This document shows, piece after piece, positions 54,653 through 63,492 of a stretch of DNA of 64,000 nucleotides. The notes beneath the pieces were generated by a model. That model saw only the letters and a list, made by a program, of their open reading frames with translations, was not told the origin of the DNA and searched no databases. Made by a program: the position numbers and the translations under genes. The stretch is from a virus. Where the stretch lies: IMG/VR virus record IMGVR_UViG_3300030104_005963; one strand, 5' to 3'. Positions within the stretch are counted from its first letter, which is position 1. Each line of letters opens with the position of its first letter.

Positions 54653-56116
54653 ATGTCTCATTTGATTATTTCCAAAAAGAACGAGGTATATCTACAGGTA
54701 AAAGCAGAACCACACGTCTATTACGAGTTAGCAGATCAATTTACCTTTGATATACCGGGTGCAAAATTTATGCCACAGTATCGTAACAAATACTGGGATG
54801 GAAAAATTCGTTTATTTAATACGCAGACAGGCGAGATCTATATTGGTTTGTTAGATAAAATTATAAGTTTTTGTGAGTCTCATGAGTATAGTTATGAATT
54901 TTTAAATAATAAGTATTATGGTACACCTTTTGAAGTAAATGAGTATATTTCAAAGGAGGGTGTTAAAGACTATATGAACGCCGTAAGTAAGTATTCCCCT
55001 AGGGAGTATCAAATAGAAGGTGTTTACGACGCACTAAGACATAATAGAAGGTTGCTGATATCTCCAACTGCCTCTGGAAAGTCTTTGATGATATACTCGA
55101 TTGTGAGATATCACGTTGAACGCGGACAAAATACTCTGATAGTTGTTCCGACGACATCTTTAGTAGAACAGATGTATAAAGACTTTGCAGATTATGGTTG
55201 GGATGTAGGTTCATTTTGCCACAAAATATACGCTGGTAGAGAAAGGGAAACTGATTCCCAAGTTATCATCACTACCTGGCAGTCCATCTACAAACTTCCC
55301 CGAAAATATTTTGAACGATTTAACGTGGTTGTTGGAGATGAGGCACACCAGTTCAAAAGTAAGTCACTTATATCTATAATGACAAAACTTGCTGATGCAA
55401 AGTATCGTTACGGATTTACTGGAACTCTTGATGGAACACAAACCCATAAATGGGTTCTAGAAGGATTATTTGGACCTTCATATAAAATTATCAGAACTGA
55501 TGAATTAATGAAGAAAGGTCATGTGGCTAAACTTGATATTAATGTACTTCTACTGAAGCACCCATCACATAAATTTGAAACTTTTGAAGATGAAGTTCAA
55601 TATATTATTAATCATGAACGCAGAAATAAATTTATTAGGAATCTTGCTCTAGATCTAAAAGGTAATACACTTATTTTATTCTCAAGAGTTGAAGGTCATG
55701 GACAACCATTATATGAACTAATAAATAATAATAGTGTAGAAACTCGTCATGTATTTTTTATTCATGGTGGAGTGGCAACAGAGGATAGAGAAAAAGTAAG
55801 GGAGATTACCGAAAAAGAAAACAACGCAATTATTGTTGCTTCATACGGAACGTTCAGTACAGGAATTAACATTAAAAATCTCCACAATGTTATTTTTGCT
55901 TCTCCTTCCAAGTCTAGAATTCGGAATCTCCAATCTATTGGACGCGTGCTCAGGAAAGGAAATAATAAAACAAAGGCAACTCTCTATGATATTGCTGACG
56001 ACATTTCCTACAGATCCCGGAGAAACTACACACTTAATCATCTAATTGAAAGAATTAAAATTTATAACGAAGAAAATTTTAATTATGATATTGTAAACAT
56101 ACCACTAAAAGGATAA
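54653..56116 (+). CDS. uvsW: SF2 DNA helicase UvsW
   Basis: SPTASGKS (Walker A), VGDEAH (Walker B), GFTGT, ASYGTFSTGINIKNLHN and QSIGRVLR. Confidence 0.97.
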   Translation: MSHLIISKKNEVYLQVKAEPHVYYELADQFTFDIPGAKFMPQYRNKYWDGKIRLFNTQTGEIYIGLLDKIISFCESHEYSYEFLNNKYYGTPFEVNEYISKEGVKDYMNAVSKYSPREYQIEGVYDALRHNRRLLISPTASGKSLMIYSIVRYHVERGQNTLIVVPTTSLVEQMYKDFADYGWDVGSFCHKIYAGRERETDSQVIITTWQSIYKLPRKYFERFNVVVGDEAHQFKSKSLISIMTKLADAKYRYGFTGTLDGTQTHKWVLEGLFGPSYKIIRTDELMKKGHVAKLDINVLLLKHPSHKFETFEDEVQYIINHERRNKFIRNLALDLKGNTLILFSRVEGHGQPLYELINNNSVETRHVFFIHGGVATEDREKVREITEKENNAIIVASYGTFSTGINIKNLHNVIFASPSKSRIRNLQSIGRVLRKGNNKTKATLYDIADDISYRSRRNYTLNHLIERIKIYNEENFNYDIVNIPLKG

Positions 56117-56529
56117 TGGGAGAAGAATTTTACGCAATTATAAAATTAGTATCGGGTGAAGAAGTATTTTCTCTCATTATGGTTGATGATGAGGAAGAAG
56201 ATCCAATTATAATTATGCAAAATCCAATAATTATTAAAATGCTTCATTCACCTCAAGGGAGTTTTATTAAAATAAAACCTTGGATGGAACTCAGTGAAGA
56301 AGACTTCTTTATGATTCGTCTTGATAAAGTTTTGACCATGACAGAATCGACTAATGAAAAACTTATTGAGGTATATAATGATTATATTTCTGATAATAGT
56401 TCTTCAGAAATAGAAATGTCATCTGATGGTAGAGTTAAACCTGATTCTAGAATGGGATATGTATCAACAGTAGAAGATGCAAGAAAGAATTTAGAAGATA
56501 TATTTAATAAAGAAACTAAAGAAAGCTAA
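56116..56529 (+). CDS. Conserved T4-like protein (Sm-like fold, between uvsW and g55)
   Basis: FYA.IKLVSGEE.F, P.I, KPWM; conserved synteny. Confidence 0.75.
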   Translation: MGEEFYAIIKLVSGEEVFSLIMVDDEEEDPIIIMQNPIIIKMLHSPQGSFIKIKPWMELSEEDFFMIRLDKVLTMTESTNEKLIEVYNDYISDNSSSEIEMSSDGRVKPDSRMGYVSTVEDARKNLEDIFNKETKES

Positions 56530-56555
56530 TATGTCCCATCAAACCTAACAAAGAT

Positions 56556-56584
56556 ATTCTACTCATGGTTTGCTAGTTTGTCAA
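56556..56584 (-). promoter_or_regulatory. Leftward (antisense) sigma70 consensus promoter
   Basis: The minus strand reads TTGACA-N17-TAGAAT. Confidence 0.55.
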
Positions 56585-56597
56585 GCTGTGCTATAAT
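56570..56597 (+). promoter_or_regulatory. Rightward promoter for g55
   Basis: TTGCTA-N16-TATAAT with an extended -10 TG (TGCTATAAT). Confidence 0.6.
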
Positions 56598-56626
56598 GTA
56601 GACACTTAGATTCATAACAAAATGCC

Positions 56627-57157
56627 ATGCCTAAAAAGAAACCGGAACATTATGTAAATAATAAAGAACTATTAGAGGCAATGGTTGTTTATCGACTTAA
56701 AGTAGAAAGATCTTATAAAAATACTTTTGGTGTAGATTTAGCAGAACAACCTAAAAAAGAAAGAGCAAGAAGATGGGAAGGTAAACCATTAATTCCAAAT
56801 TATCTTGGAGAATCTTTTTTAAAAATTGCAACTCATCTTTCATACAAACCAAACTTTGTGAACTACATGTTTAGAGAGGATATGATTTCTGATGGAATTG
56901 AAAACTGCGTTCAATACATTCATAATTTTGATCCAGATAAATCTAAAAATCCTTTTGCATATTTTACTCAAGTCATTCACTATGCATTTTTAAGAAGGAT
57001 TCAAAAAGAGAAAAAACAACTAGAAATTAAAACAAAAATTATTGAAAAGACCGGATATGATGAAGTCATGATGGTTGACGATAGCTTGCTTTCTGGTGCT
57101 AGTTCAGAGTATAATAGTATCAAAGACGCCATTCAGTACCGAAATAACAATCGATGA
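56627..57157 (+). CDS. g55: Late-transcription sigma factor gp55
   Basis: HYVNNKE.L.A, FLKIA.HLSYKPNF.NY..REDMISDGIENC and NPFAYFTQ.I.YAFLRRIQKEK. Confidence 0.97.
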   Translation: MPKKKPEHYVNNKELLEAMVVYRLKVERSYKNTFGVDLAEQPKKERARRWEGKPLIPNYLGESFLKIATHLSYKPNFVNYMFREDMISDGIENCVQYIHNFDPDKSKNPFAYFTQVIHYAFLRRIQKEKKQLEIKTKIIEKTGYDEVMMVDDSLLSGASSEYNSIKDAIQYRNNNR

Positions 57158-58188
57158 AAGTTGCCATTATTACGGATACGCATTATGGGGCACGAAAGGG
57201 TTCCAAGTATTTGCATGATTATTTTGAACTATTCTATAAAAATGTATTTTTTCCTGCACTGGAGGAGCACAGAATTGATACTGTGATTCATATGGGAGAT
57301 GTTTTCGATAGTCGTAAGTCTATTGATTATCAGAGTTTTGAATGGGCAAAGAGAGTTGTATTTGAACCTCTAAAAAAATATAATGTTCATGCAATTATTG
57401 GTAATCATGACTGTTATTATAAAAATACTAATGACACAAATTCTCCTCAACTGCTACTTCAATCATATCCTAATGTTAAAACCTATCAGGAAATAACAGA
57501 AATACAGATAGGCAATTTGCAAGTATTGTTTATTCCTTGGATAAATGCAGAAAATTTTGAAAATAGTGTCAACACTATTAAACTATCAAATAGCAAGTGC
57601 GCGATGGGGCACCTTGAACTCAATGGATTTAGAGCGCATCGCGGTCACACCATGGAAGAAGGTATGGACAGCACACTATTTGAAAAGTTCGACAAGACAT
57701 TTTCGGGTCATTACCATACACGATCAGACAATGGAAAAATCTTCTACTTAGGAAATCCATATGAGATGTTCTGGAATGATGTAAATGATTCTAGAGGATT
57801 TACAATTTTTGATACAGAAACTTTAGAACATTTTCATATAAACAATCCATATCGTCTTTTTTATAATATCTATTATGAAGATACCCCACATCAAACATTT
57901 GATTTTTCGGAATATGAAAGTAAAATTGTAAAAGTTATTGTCAGGAAAAAAACCAAACCAAAACTATTTGAAAAATTTCTTGATAAACTTTATTCGGTAG
58001 GAGTTCAAGATCTCAAAATTGTAGAAAACTTTGATATCCAAGAAAGTGAAGATTTTGAAGTTACTGAAGAAGAAAGCACAATGTCTATTTTAAATAGATA
58101 TATTGATGAATCTGAATTTGAATTGGATAAAAATATAATCAAAGGTATATTTCAGAAACTATATCAGCAAGCTTGTGAAGTAGAGTAA
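57154..58188 (+). CDS. g47: Recombination endonuclease subunit gp47 (Mre11/SbcD-like)
   Basis: ITDTHYG, HMGD.FD.RK, GNHD, GHLE and SGHYH phosphoesterase motifs. Confidence 0.97.
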   Translation: MKVAIITDTHYGARKGSKYLHDYFELFYKNVFFPALEEHRIDTVIHMGDVFDSRKSIDYQSFEWAKRVVFEPLKKYNVHAIIGNHDCYYKNTNDTNSPQLLLQSYPNVKTYQEITEIQIGNLQVLFIPWINAENFENSVNTIKLSNSKCAMGHLELNGFRAHRGHTMEEGMDSTLFEKFDKTFSGHYHTRSDNGKIFYLGNPYEMFWNDVNDSRGFTIFDTETLEHFHINNPYRLFYNIYYEDTPHQTFDFSEYESKIVKVIVRKKTKPKLFEKFLDKLYSVGVQDLKIVENFDIQESEDFEVTEEESTMSILNRYIDESEFELDKNIIKGIFQKLYQQACEVE

Positions 58189-58189
58189 T

Positions 58190-58456
58190 ATGTTTGTTCT
58201 TACACTTAAAAATCAAGAGGACGACGGTGCCTATGCCGTTCAGGATCGATATGGGCACAAGGTTTTATTTTTATTTGAAGAGGAAGATGATGCCGAAAGA
58301 TATGCTATGATGCTAGAGGAACAAGAAGACGAAGAAATGGCAATTGTCGAAGTTGATGATGATCTTGCTATAAAAACTTGTAAACTGCATGAATATAAGT
58401 ATGCGGTTATTACACCAAATGATATTGTGATTCCCCCAAAGTCTAAAAATGATTGA
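58190..58456 (+). CDS. Conserved acidic hypothetical protein between g47 and g46
   Basis: GAYAV...G.KVL.LFEEEDDA.RYA.ML; synteny. Confidence 0.75.
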   Translation: MFVLTLKNQEDDGAYAVQDRYGHKVLFLFEEEDDAERYAMMLEEQEDEEMAIVEVDDDLAIKTCKLHEYKYAVITPNDIVIPPKSKND

Positions 58457-60158
58457 GTTTAAAAAAATTCGTTGGAAAAATTTTCTCTCTACAGGTAACC
58501 AATTTACTGAAGTTTCTTTGAGTGGTCATAATACCAATTTAGTTATTGGAACAAATGGTGCCGGAAAATCTACTCTTTTGGATGCACTGACATTTGGTCT
58601 GTTTAATAAACCTTTTCGTAAAATTAATAAACCACAACTTGCAAATACAATCAATGAAAAAGATTGTCTTGTAGAAGTTGAATTTAATGTTAATGGTAGG
58701 GAATATCTTGTTCGTAGGGGAATTAAACCCAATGTATTTGATATTGAAGTAAATGGAAATACATTACATAAAGAAGCTGATGATCGTGTCAATCAAAAAA
58801 TTCTTGAAGAAAATGTTTTAAAATTAAATTACAAATCTTTTACTCAAATTGTTATTTTGGGTAGCAGCACTTTTGTTCCTTTTATGCAATTGACTACTTC
58901 TAATCGTAGAGAAGTTATTGAAGATCTTTTAGATATTCGTATTTTTTCTGCCATGAGTAATCTTTTAAAAGATAATATGCGGGAAAGAAAAGATCAGATA
59001 AAATCATTAGACTTAAAAAAATCTAATCTCAAAGATAAGATTGATATGCAGCAGAAGTTTATTGAGGAACTTGAGAATAGAGGGAATGCAAATATTGCAT
59101 CTAACAATAATAAAATTGATATGTTAGATGCCGAGGTCGTTTCTTATATGGACGAAAACTATATAATCGAACAAAACATTCTTAAAGTTACTAAAGAACA
59201 GGAAGAAGTTATTGGTGCTGGTAATAAGTTAGTAAAATTAAATAACTTAAAAGGTAAACTATCACAAAAAGTAGGGACGATTACCAAAGAACATAAGTTC
59301 TTCACCGAGAATACGGTTTGTCCTACCTGTCAGCAGGACATTGAAGAAGAGTTTCGTGTAAATAGAATTGATGATGCTCAGAAAAAAGCAAAAGAACTCA
59401 AAAAGGGTTATGAAGAACTTGAACAGACAATCAAATCTGAACAAGAAAGAGAGCGTCAATTTAATTTACTTTCCAAGGAGATTACAAAACTAACGCATGG
59501 CATTTCTCAAAACAATACTAAGATCAGTTTTAATCAGAGACAGATCAGAGATCTTGAATCGGAAATTCAAACTATTACCGGTAACCTACAAAACAGAAAT
59601 ACTGAAAATGAGAAATTAGAAGAGTTTAGAGAAAGTCTTCAGAAAGTATTTGAAAATTTATCATCAAAAAGAGAAGAGTTAATTCATTATGATTTTGCTT
59701 ATTCTCTTTTAAAGGATGATGGTGTAAAAACAAAAATTATTAAAAAATATATTCCGTTTATTAATCAACAAATAAACAGATATCTTCAACTGATGGATTT
59801 TTACATCAACTTTAAACTTGATGGTGAATTTAATGAGACTGTAGAATCTCCCATACATGAGAAATTTTCTTATTCTTCTTTTAGTGAAGGTGAGAAGATG
59901 AGAATTGATCTTGCACTTTTGTTCACATGGAGAGAAGTTGCACGAGTTAAGAACTCTGTGAATACTAATCTTTTAATTATGGATGAAGTATTTGATTCTT
60001 CACTTGATGGATTTGGAACAGAAGAGTTTCTTAAAATTATTCGTTTTATTATTAAAGATGCAAACATATTTGTAATCTCTCACAAATCTGGATTGGAAGA
60101 TAAATTTTCTAATGTCATTAAATTTGACAAAGTAAGAGGATTTAGTAGAATGATCTAA
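58449..60158 (+). CDS. g46: Recombination ATPase gp46 (Rad50/SbcC-like)
   Basis: GTNGAGKST, CPTC zinc hook, FSEGEKMRIDLA signature and LIMDEVFDSSLD. Confidence 0.97.
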   Translation: MIEFKKIRWKNFLSTGNQFTEVSLSGHNTNLVIGTNGAGKSTLLDALTFGLFNKPFRKINKPQLANTINEKDCLVEVEFNVNGREYLVRRGIKPNVFDIEVNGNTLHKEADDRVNQKILEENVLKLNYKSFTQIVILGSSTFVPFMQLTTSNRREVIEDLLDIRIFSAMSNLLKDNMRERKDQIKSLDLKKSNLKDKIDMQQKFIEELENRGNANIASNNNKIDMLDAEVVSYMDENYIIEQNILKVTKEQEEVIGAGNKLVKLNNLKGKLSQKVGTITKEHKFFTENTVCPTCQQDIEEEFRVNRIDDAQKKAKELKKGYEELEQTIKSEQERERQFNLLSKEITKLTHGISQNNTKISFNQRQIRDLESEIQTITGNLQNRNTENEKLEEFRESLQKVFENLSSKREELIHYDFAYSLLKDDGVKTKIIKKYIPFINQQINRYLQLMDFYINFKLDGEFNETVESPIHEKFSYSSFSEGEKMRIDLALLFTWREVARVKNSVNTNLLIMDEVFDSSLDGFGTEEFLKIIRFIIKDANIFVISHKSGLEDKFSNVIKFDKVRGFSRMI

Positions 60159-60181
60159 ATACCACAAGTAGTGTAATACAT

Positions 60182-60493
60182 ATGCTTTCAACACAATATC
60201 GTCTTCGTTTAGAATTCATTTGCAAATGTATTGCGAACGGAGAAGATGTAAAACTTGAAGATATGGTTTGGGCGCAGAAACTTGCCAAGGCAAATACAAC
60301 AGCAAATGAGATGTTGAAAAAGGCAAGAAGACAATCTGCTCAGGATATCCAAGAGGGTAGTATGGATGATTTTCTTAATCGGATGGGTTTAGGTGACCCC
60401 GACCCATCCAATCATAAACAGGGGTTAGATTGTGACGACATTACTGAATGGTTCCACAGAGATAAACCTAATGATTGGAGGCAACGTGACTGA
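60182..60493 (+). CDS. Conserved hypothetical cyanophage protein, 103 aa
   Basis: MLSTQYRLRLE.IC..I...E.V.L.DM.WA.KL, ending W.QRD. Confidence 0.7.
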   Translation: MLSTQYRLRLEFICKCIANGEDVKLEDMVWAQKLAKANTTANEMLKKARRQSAQDIQEGSMDDFLNRMGLGDPDPSNHKQGLDCDDITEWFHRDKPNDWRQRD

Positions 60494-60647
60494 CGAATGG
60501 AAAAAAGCAACTAACAAAGTTATTGCTCGTACCTTAACTGAAAATGTTGGATCATTATTAAATGGGGAAATACAATATTCTACATTATTTGATAATAATG
60601 GAGTAGTAAAAAAGAAAATAACAATTACATATCAGGAGGAAGGATGA
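60486..60647 (+). CDS. Hypothetical protein, 53 aa
   Basis: GTG start overlapping the upstream stop; ATGA overlap with the next gene. Confidence 0.55.
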   Translation: MTDEWKKATNKVIARTLTENVGSLLNGEIQYSTLFDNNGVVKKKITITYQEEG

Positions 60648-60886
60648 TGGGTCCTGTAGTCTTATATACAAACGGAAGTCAAGAGTGTGATCGTGCCAGA
60701 ACACTTTTAGAAACCCTCGAAGTACAAATACAAGAATATAAATTAGATCAACATTTTACTCAAAAATCTTTTACTTCTGAATTTGGTGACGAAGCAGAAT
60801 ATCCACAAGTTTCTATTGGGTATAAGCATATTGGTGGATTGAAGGATACGTTACATTATATGAAAGATAATGGTCTAATAAAATGA
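60644..60886 (+). CDS. Glutaredoxin-like protein
   Basis: YT...ECD.AR.LL, YPQV and HIGG glutaredoxin motifs; only one Cys. Confidence 0.75.
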   Translation: MMGPVVLYTNGSQECDRARTLLETLEVQIQEYKLDQHFTQKSFTSEFGDEAEYPQVSIGYKHIGGLKDTLHYMKDNGLIK

Positions 60887-61044
60887 AGACTCCAAACTGG
60901 CAGCACAATTCTGGTAAAGATAAAAAAGGTAGAGGAACTTGTAAAGGTCGTCTTCGATCTAGAAAAGAATCTCTCAGACAGTTAAAAAACCGTCACATGA
61001 CCTCTCGAAAACGGGAGGTTTTGTATTATACTAGATTCATCTGA
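60883..61044 (+). CDS. Small basic protein, 53 aa (MKTPNWQHNSGK...)
   Basis: Translated by hand; ATGA overlap with the glutaredoxin stop; its 3' end overlaps the regulatory cassette. Confidence 0.45.
   Translation: MKTPNWQHNSGKDKKGRGTCKGRLRSRKESLRQLKNRHMTSRKREVLYYTRFI
60974..61032 (+). promoter_or_regulatory. Palindrome/promoter cassette copy K
   Basis: TCAGACAGTT-AAAA-AACCGTCACA at 60974-60997; ACCTCTCG-AAAA-CGGGAGGT hairpin followed by Ts; TATACT at 61027-61032. Confidence 0.7.
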
Positions 61045-61053
61045 AACGAACCG

Positions 61054-63147
61054 ATGGCAGTCTCTCACGAAATCAAGTCTCAACTTGCCAAACTGCTTGC
61101 TACTGAAGACTTGATGGTGGAGCACAAGAAAGTAGAGACAGCTTGCTTTAATGTCCACACACGAGTTCTGACACTTCCCATGTGGGAGAAAGCAAGTAAT
61201 GAAGTTTATGATATGCTTGTAGGTCACGAAGTTGGTCATGCTCTCTATACTCCTGATGAAAACTGGTTTAAAAATCGTAAGATTCCACCTCAGTTCGTAA
61301 ACATCGTCGAAGATGTTCGCATTGAGAAATTAATGAAACGTCGTTATGCCGGTATCAGCAAGACTTTTTATCGTGGATACAAAGAACTTTCTGAAGAAGA
61401 TTTTTTTGGTATTGAGTCTGAAGATGTTTCCAAAATGAATCTTGCAGACAGAGTAAATCTTTATTTTAAAATTGGTAGTTTTTGTGATATTTCTTTTAGG
61501 GAATATGATGAGATGCCTATTGTCCGCATGATTGATGGTTGTGAGACATTCGACGATGTTTTGCTTGCCGCAGAAGTTCTTTATAAATTTTGTAAAAAAG
61601 AACAACCAGAACAACCAGAAACAAACACCCCTCAGAATCAAAATGGTGAAGAGGGTGAAAGTGAGAATACATCTAGTGAACAATCTGAGCAGCAACCCGG
61701 TTACTCTGATCCTGAAAATCAAACAAAGGAAGGTAGTTCTGAAGAATCTGAAGTAAGTAATTCTGTTGGTAATACAGGTGGTGATGAAGAACCTGAAATT
61801 AAAACCATGGATAATCTTGAAAAATCTTTAAAAGATTTGATTGATGAGATGGGTCAAGAGACTGCATATTATGAAATTCCTAAAGTAAATGTTGAAAATA
61901 TTATTATTTCAAATAAAGAAATTCATGACAAATGTGATGAGTCATGGGCAGGTGATCCATCTGAAGATTTTGAATGGGTAGATGTAAAGTACAATGAATT
62001 CAAACGATCAACACAAAAAGAAGTCAACTACCTCGTCAAAGAGTTCGAGTGCCGTAAGTCCGCAGACTCTTATGCTCGTGCTACTACTAGTAGGACTGGA
62101 ATTCTTGATACGGGCAAACTACACACTTATCGATATAATGAAGACTTATTCAAAAAAGTATCGATAATTCCTGATGGTAAAAATCACGGACTTGTTTTTG
62201 TCTTAGATTGGTCTGGGTCTATGGCTGATGTTATGCTTGATACAGTCAAACAACTTTTTAATCTTGTTTGGTTCTGTAAAAAAACCAATATTCCTTTCGA
62301 TGTCTATGCTTTTACAAATGATTATCCAAATCAAAAATACATTGATGACCCAAAGTCATGTTCAGAATATCGTTTGGGTGTATTCTCTATAGGTAGGATG
62401 TTTTCTTTGATGAATATTCTTACTAGCAAGACAAATTCTAGAGAACTTGAAAAACAAATGAAAAATATTTTTCGTATTGTGTATAGTTTTAGAATTTATG
62501 CCACCTATCATATTCCTATTGGTATGGGTTTGTCTGGGACTCCTTTGAATGAAAGTCTTATGTGTTTGCATGAGATTTTGCCTAAGTTCAAAAAAGAAAA
62601 CAAACTTCAAAAAGTTCAGTGTGTAATTTTGACTGATGGTGAGGGAGCACCTTTAAAATGTTACAAGGAGGTTCAACGTCCTTGGGAAGAAGAACCTAGA
62701 ATTTGTGAAATGTGGCCGTCTCAAAATTCTTTTCTCCGTGATCGCAAGACAGGAAACACTTATAAACTAAGTGATACATATAACCACTACGCCAACTTTA
62801 CAACTGTTTTACTTAATAATCTTCGTCATCGATTAACTGATGTAAACTTTATTGGTATTCGTATTCTTCCTCCTAGAGAAATTGGTTCTTTTATTGCATA
62901 TTGTAAAAACTATTCTGAGAGAGATGAACTTGCTAAAATTTGGAAAAAAGAGAAATCAATTTCTTTGACTAATGTTGGTTATCACAAATACTTTGGTATT
63001 TCTGCCACGGCAATTTCCAATAATTCTGAGTTCTCTGTTAATGATTCCGCCACCAAATCTCAGATTAAAAATGCATTTGCAAAAAGTTTGAAATCCAAAA
63101 AAATGAATAAAAAAATTCTTGGTGAATTTGTAGAACTTATTGCATGA
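61054..63147 (+). CDS. CobT-like protein: N-terminal HEXXH metallopeptidase-like domain plus C-terminal vWA (MIDAS) domain
   Basis: GHEVGH; acidic linker; FVLDWSGSM (DxSxS), LSGTPL (T) and ILTDGE (D). Confidence 0.85.
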   Translation: MAVSHEIKSQLAKLLATEDLMVEHKKVETACFNVHTRVLTLPMWEKASNEVYDMLVGHEVGHALYTPDENWFKNRKIPPQFVNIVEDVRIEKLMKRRYAGISKTFYRGYKELSEEDFFGIESEDVSKMNLADRVNLYFKIGSFCDISFREYDEMPIVRMIDGCETFDDVLLAAEVLYKFCKKEQPEQPETNTPQNQNGEEGESENTSSEQSEQQPGYSDPENQTKEGSSEESEVSNSVGNTGGDEEPEIKTMDNLEKSLKDLIDEMGQETAYYEIPKVNVENIIISNKEIHDKCDESWAGDPSEDFEWVDVKYNEFKRSTQKEVNYLVKEFECRKSADSYARATTSRTGILDTGKLHTYRYNEDLFKKVSIIPDGKNHGLVFVLDWSGSMADVMLDTVKQLFNLVWFCKKTNIPFDVYAFTNDYPNQKYIDDPKSCSEYRLGVFSIGRMFSLMNILTSKTNSRELEKQMKNIFRIVYSFRIYATYHIPIGMGLSGTPLNESLMCLHEILPKFKKENKLQKVQCVILTDGEGAPLKCYKEVQRPWEEEPRICEMWPSQNSFLRDRKTGNTYKLSDTYNHYANFTTVLLNNLRHRLTDVNFIGIRILPPREIGSFIAYCKNYSERDELAKIWKKEKSISLTNVGYHKYFGISATAISNNSEFSVNDSATKSQIKNAFAKSLKSKKMNKKILGEFVELIA

Positions 63148-63177
63148 TAAATATTTTTATAGTCATAGGTAAAACAA

Positions 63178-63420
63178 ATGTCTAGATTTGGAGATTTATT
63201 AGGTGGAAAAAAACCAGCAGCTGCTCCTGCACCTGAACCTGTTGTAGAAGAAGTTCTTGTTACTCCAGAAGAGGAAGTTCTTACTGAGGCAAGTCCTTTG
63301 GAGCAAATGAGTAAAAATGAACTTGAGGAGTATGGTAGAGAACTGGGAGTAGAACTTGATAGAAGACACAGTAGAAAAAAATTGATTAGTGAAATCAAAG
63401 AGGTACTGGACAATTCCTGA
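63178..63420 (+). CDS. Hypothetical protein with a C-terminal Rho-N/HeH-like helical motif
   Basis: MSKNELEEYGRELGVELDRR.SRKKLI; late-promoter-like GATAAATA upstream. Confidence 0.6.
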   Translation: MSRFGDLLGGKKPAAAPAPEPVVEEVLVTPEEEVLTEASPLEQMSKNELEEYGRELGVELDRRHSRKKLISEIKEVLDNS

Positions 63421-63463
63421 ACTGTCCATTCAACATTGAATTTGCCTCAATTCATACTATAAT
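63406..63463 (+). promoter_or_regulatory. Palindrome/promoter cassette copy L
   Basis: CTGGACAATT-CCTG-AACTGTCCAT at 63406-63429; TTGAAT 63436-63441; TATAAT 63458-63463. Confidence 0.7.
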
Positions 63464-63492
63464 AACTTCAGTTGAAACAAACGACCTACATC

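Noticed and set aside
42695-60158. Inteins or introns in g17, g20, g23, uvsW, g47 and g46
   Set aside because: The ORFs are uninterrupted, of ordinary length, and show no intein or LAGLIDADG blocks.
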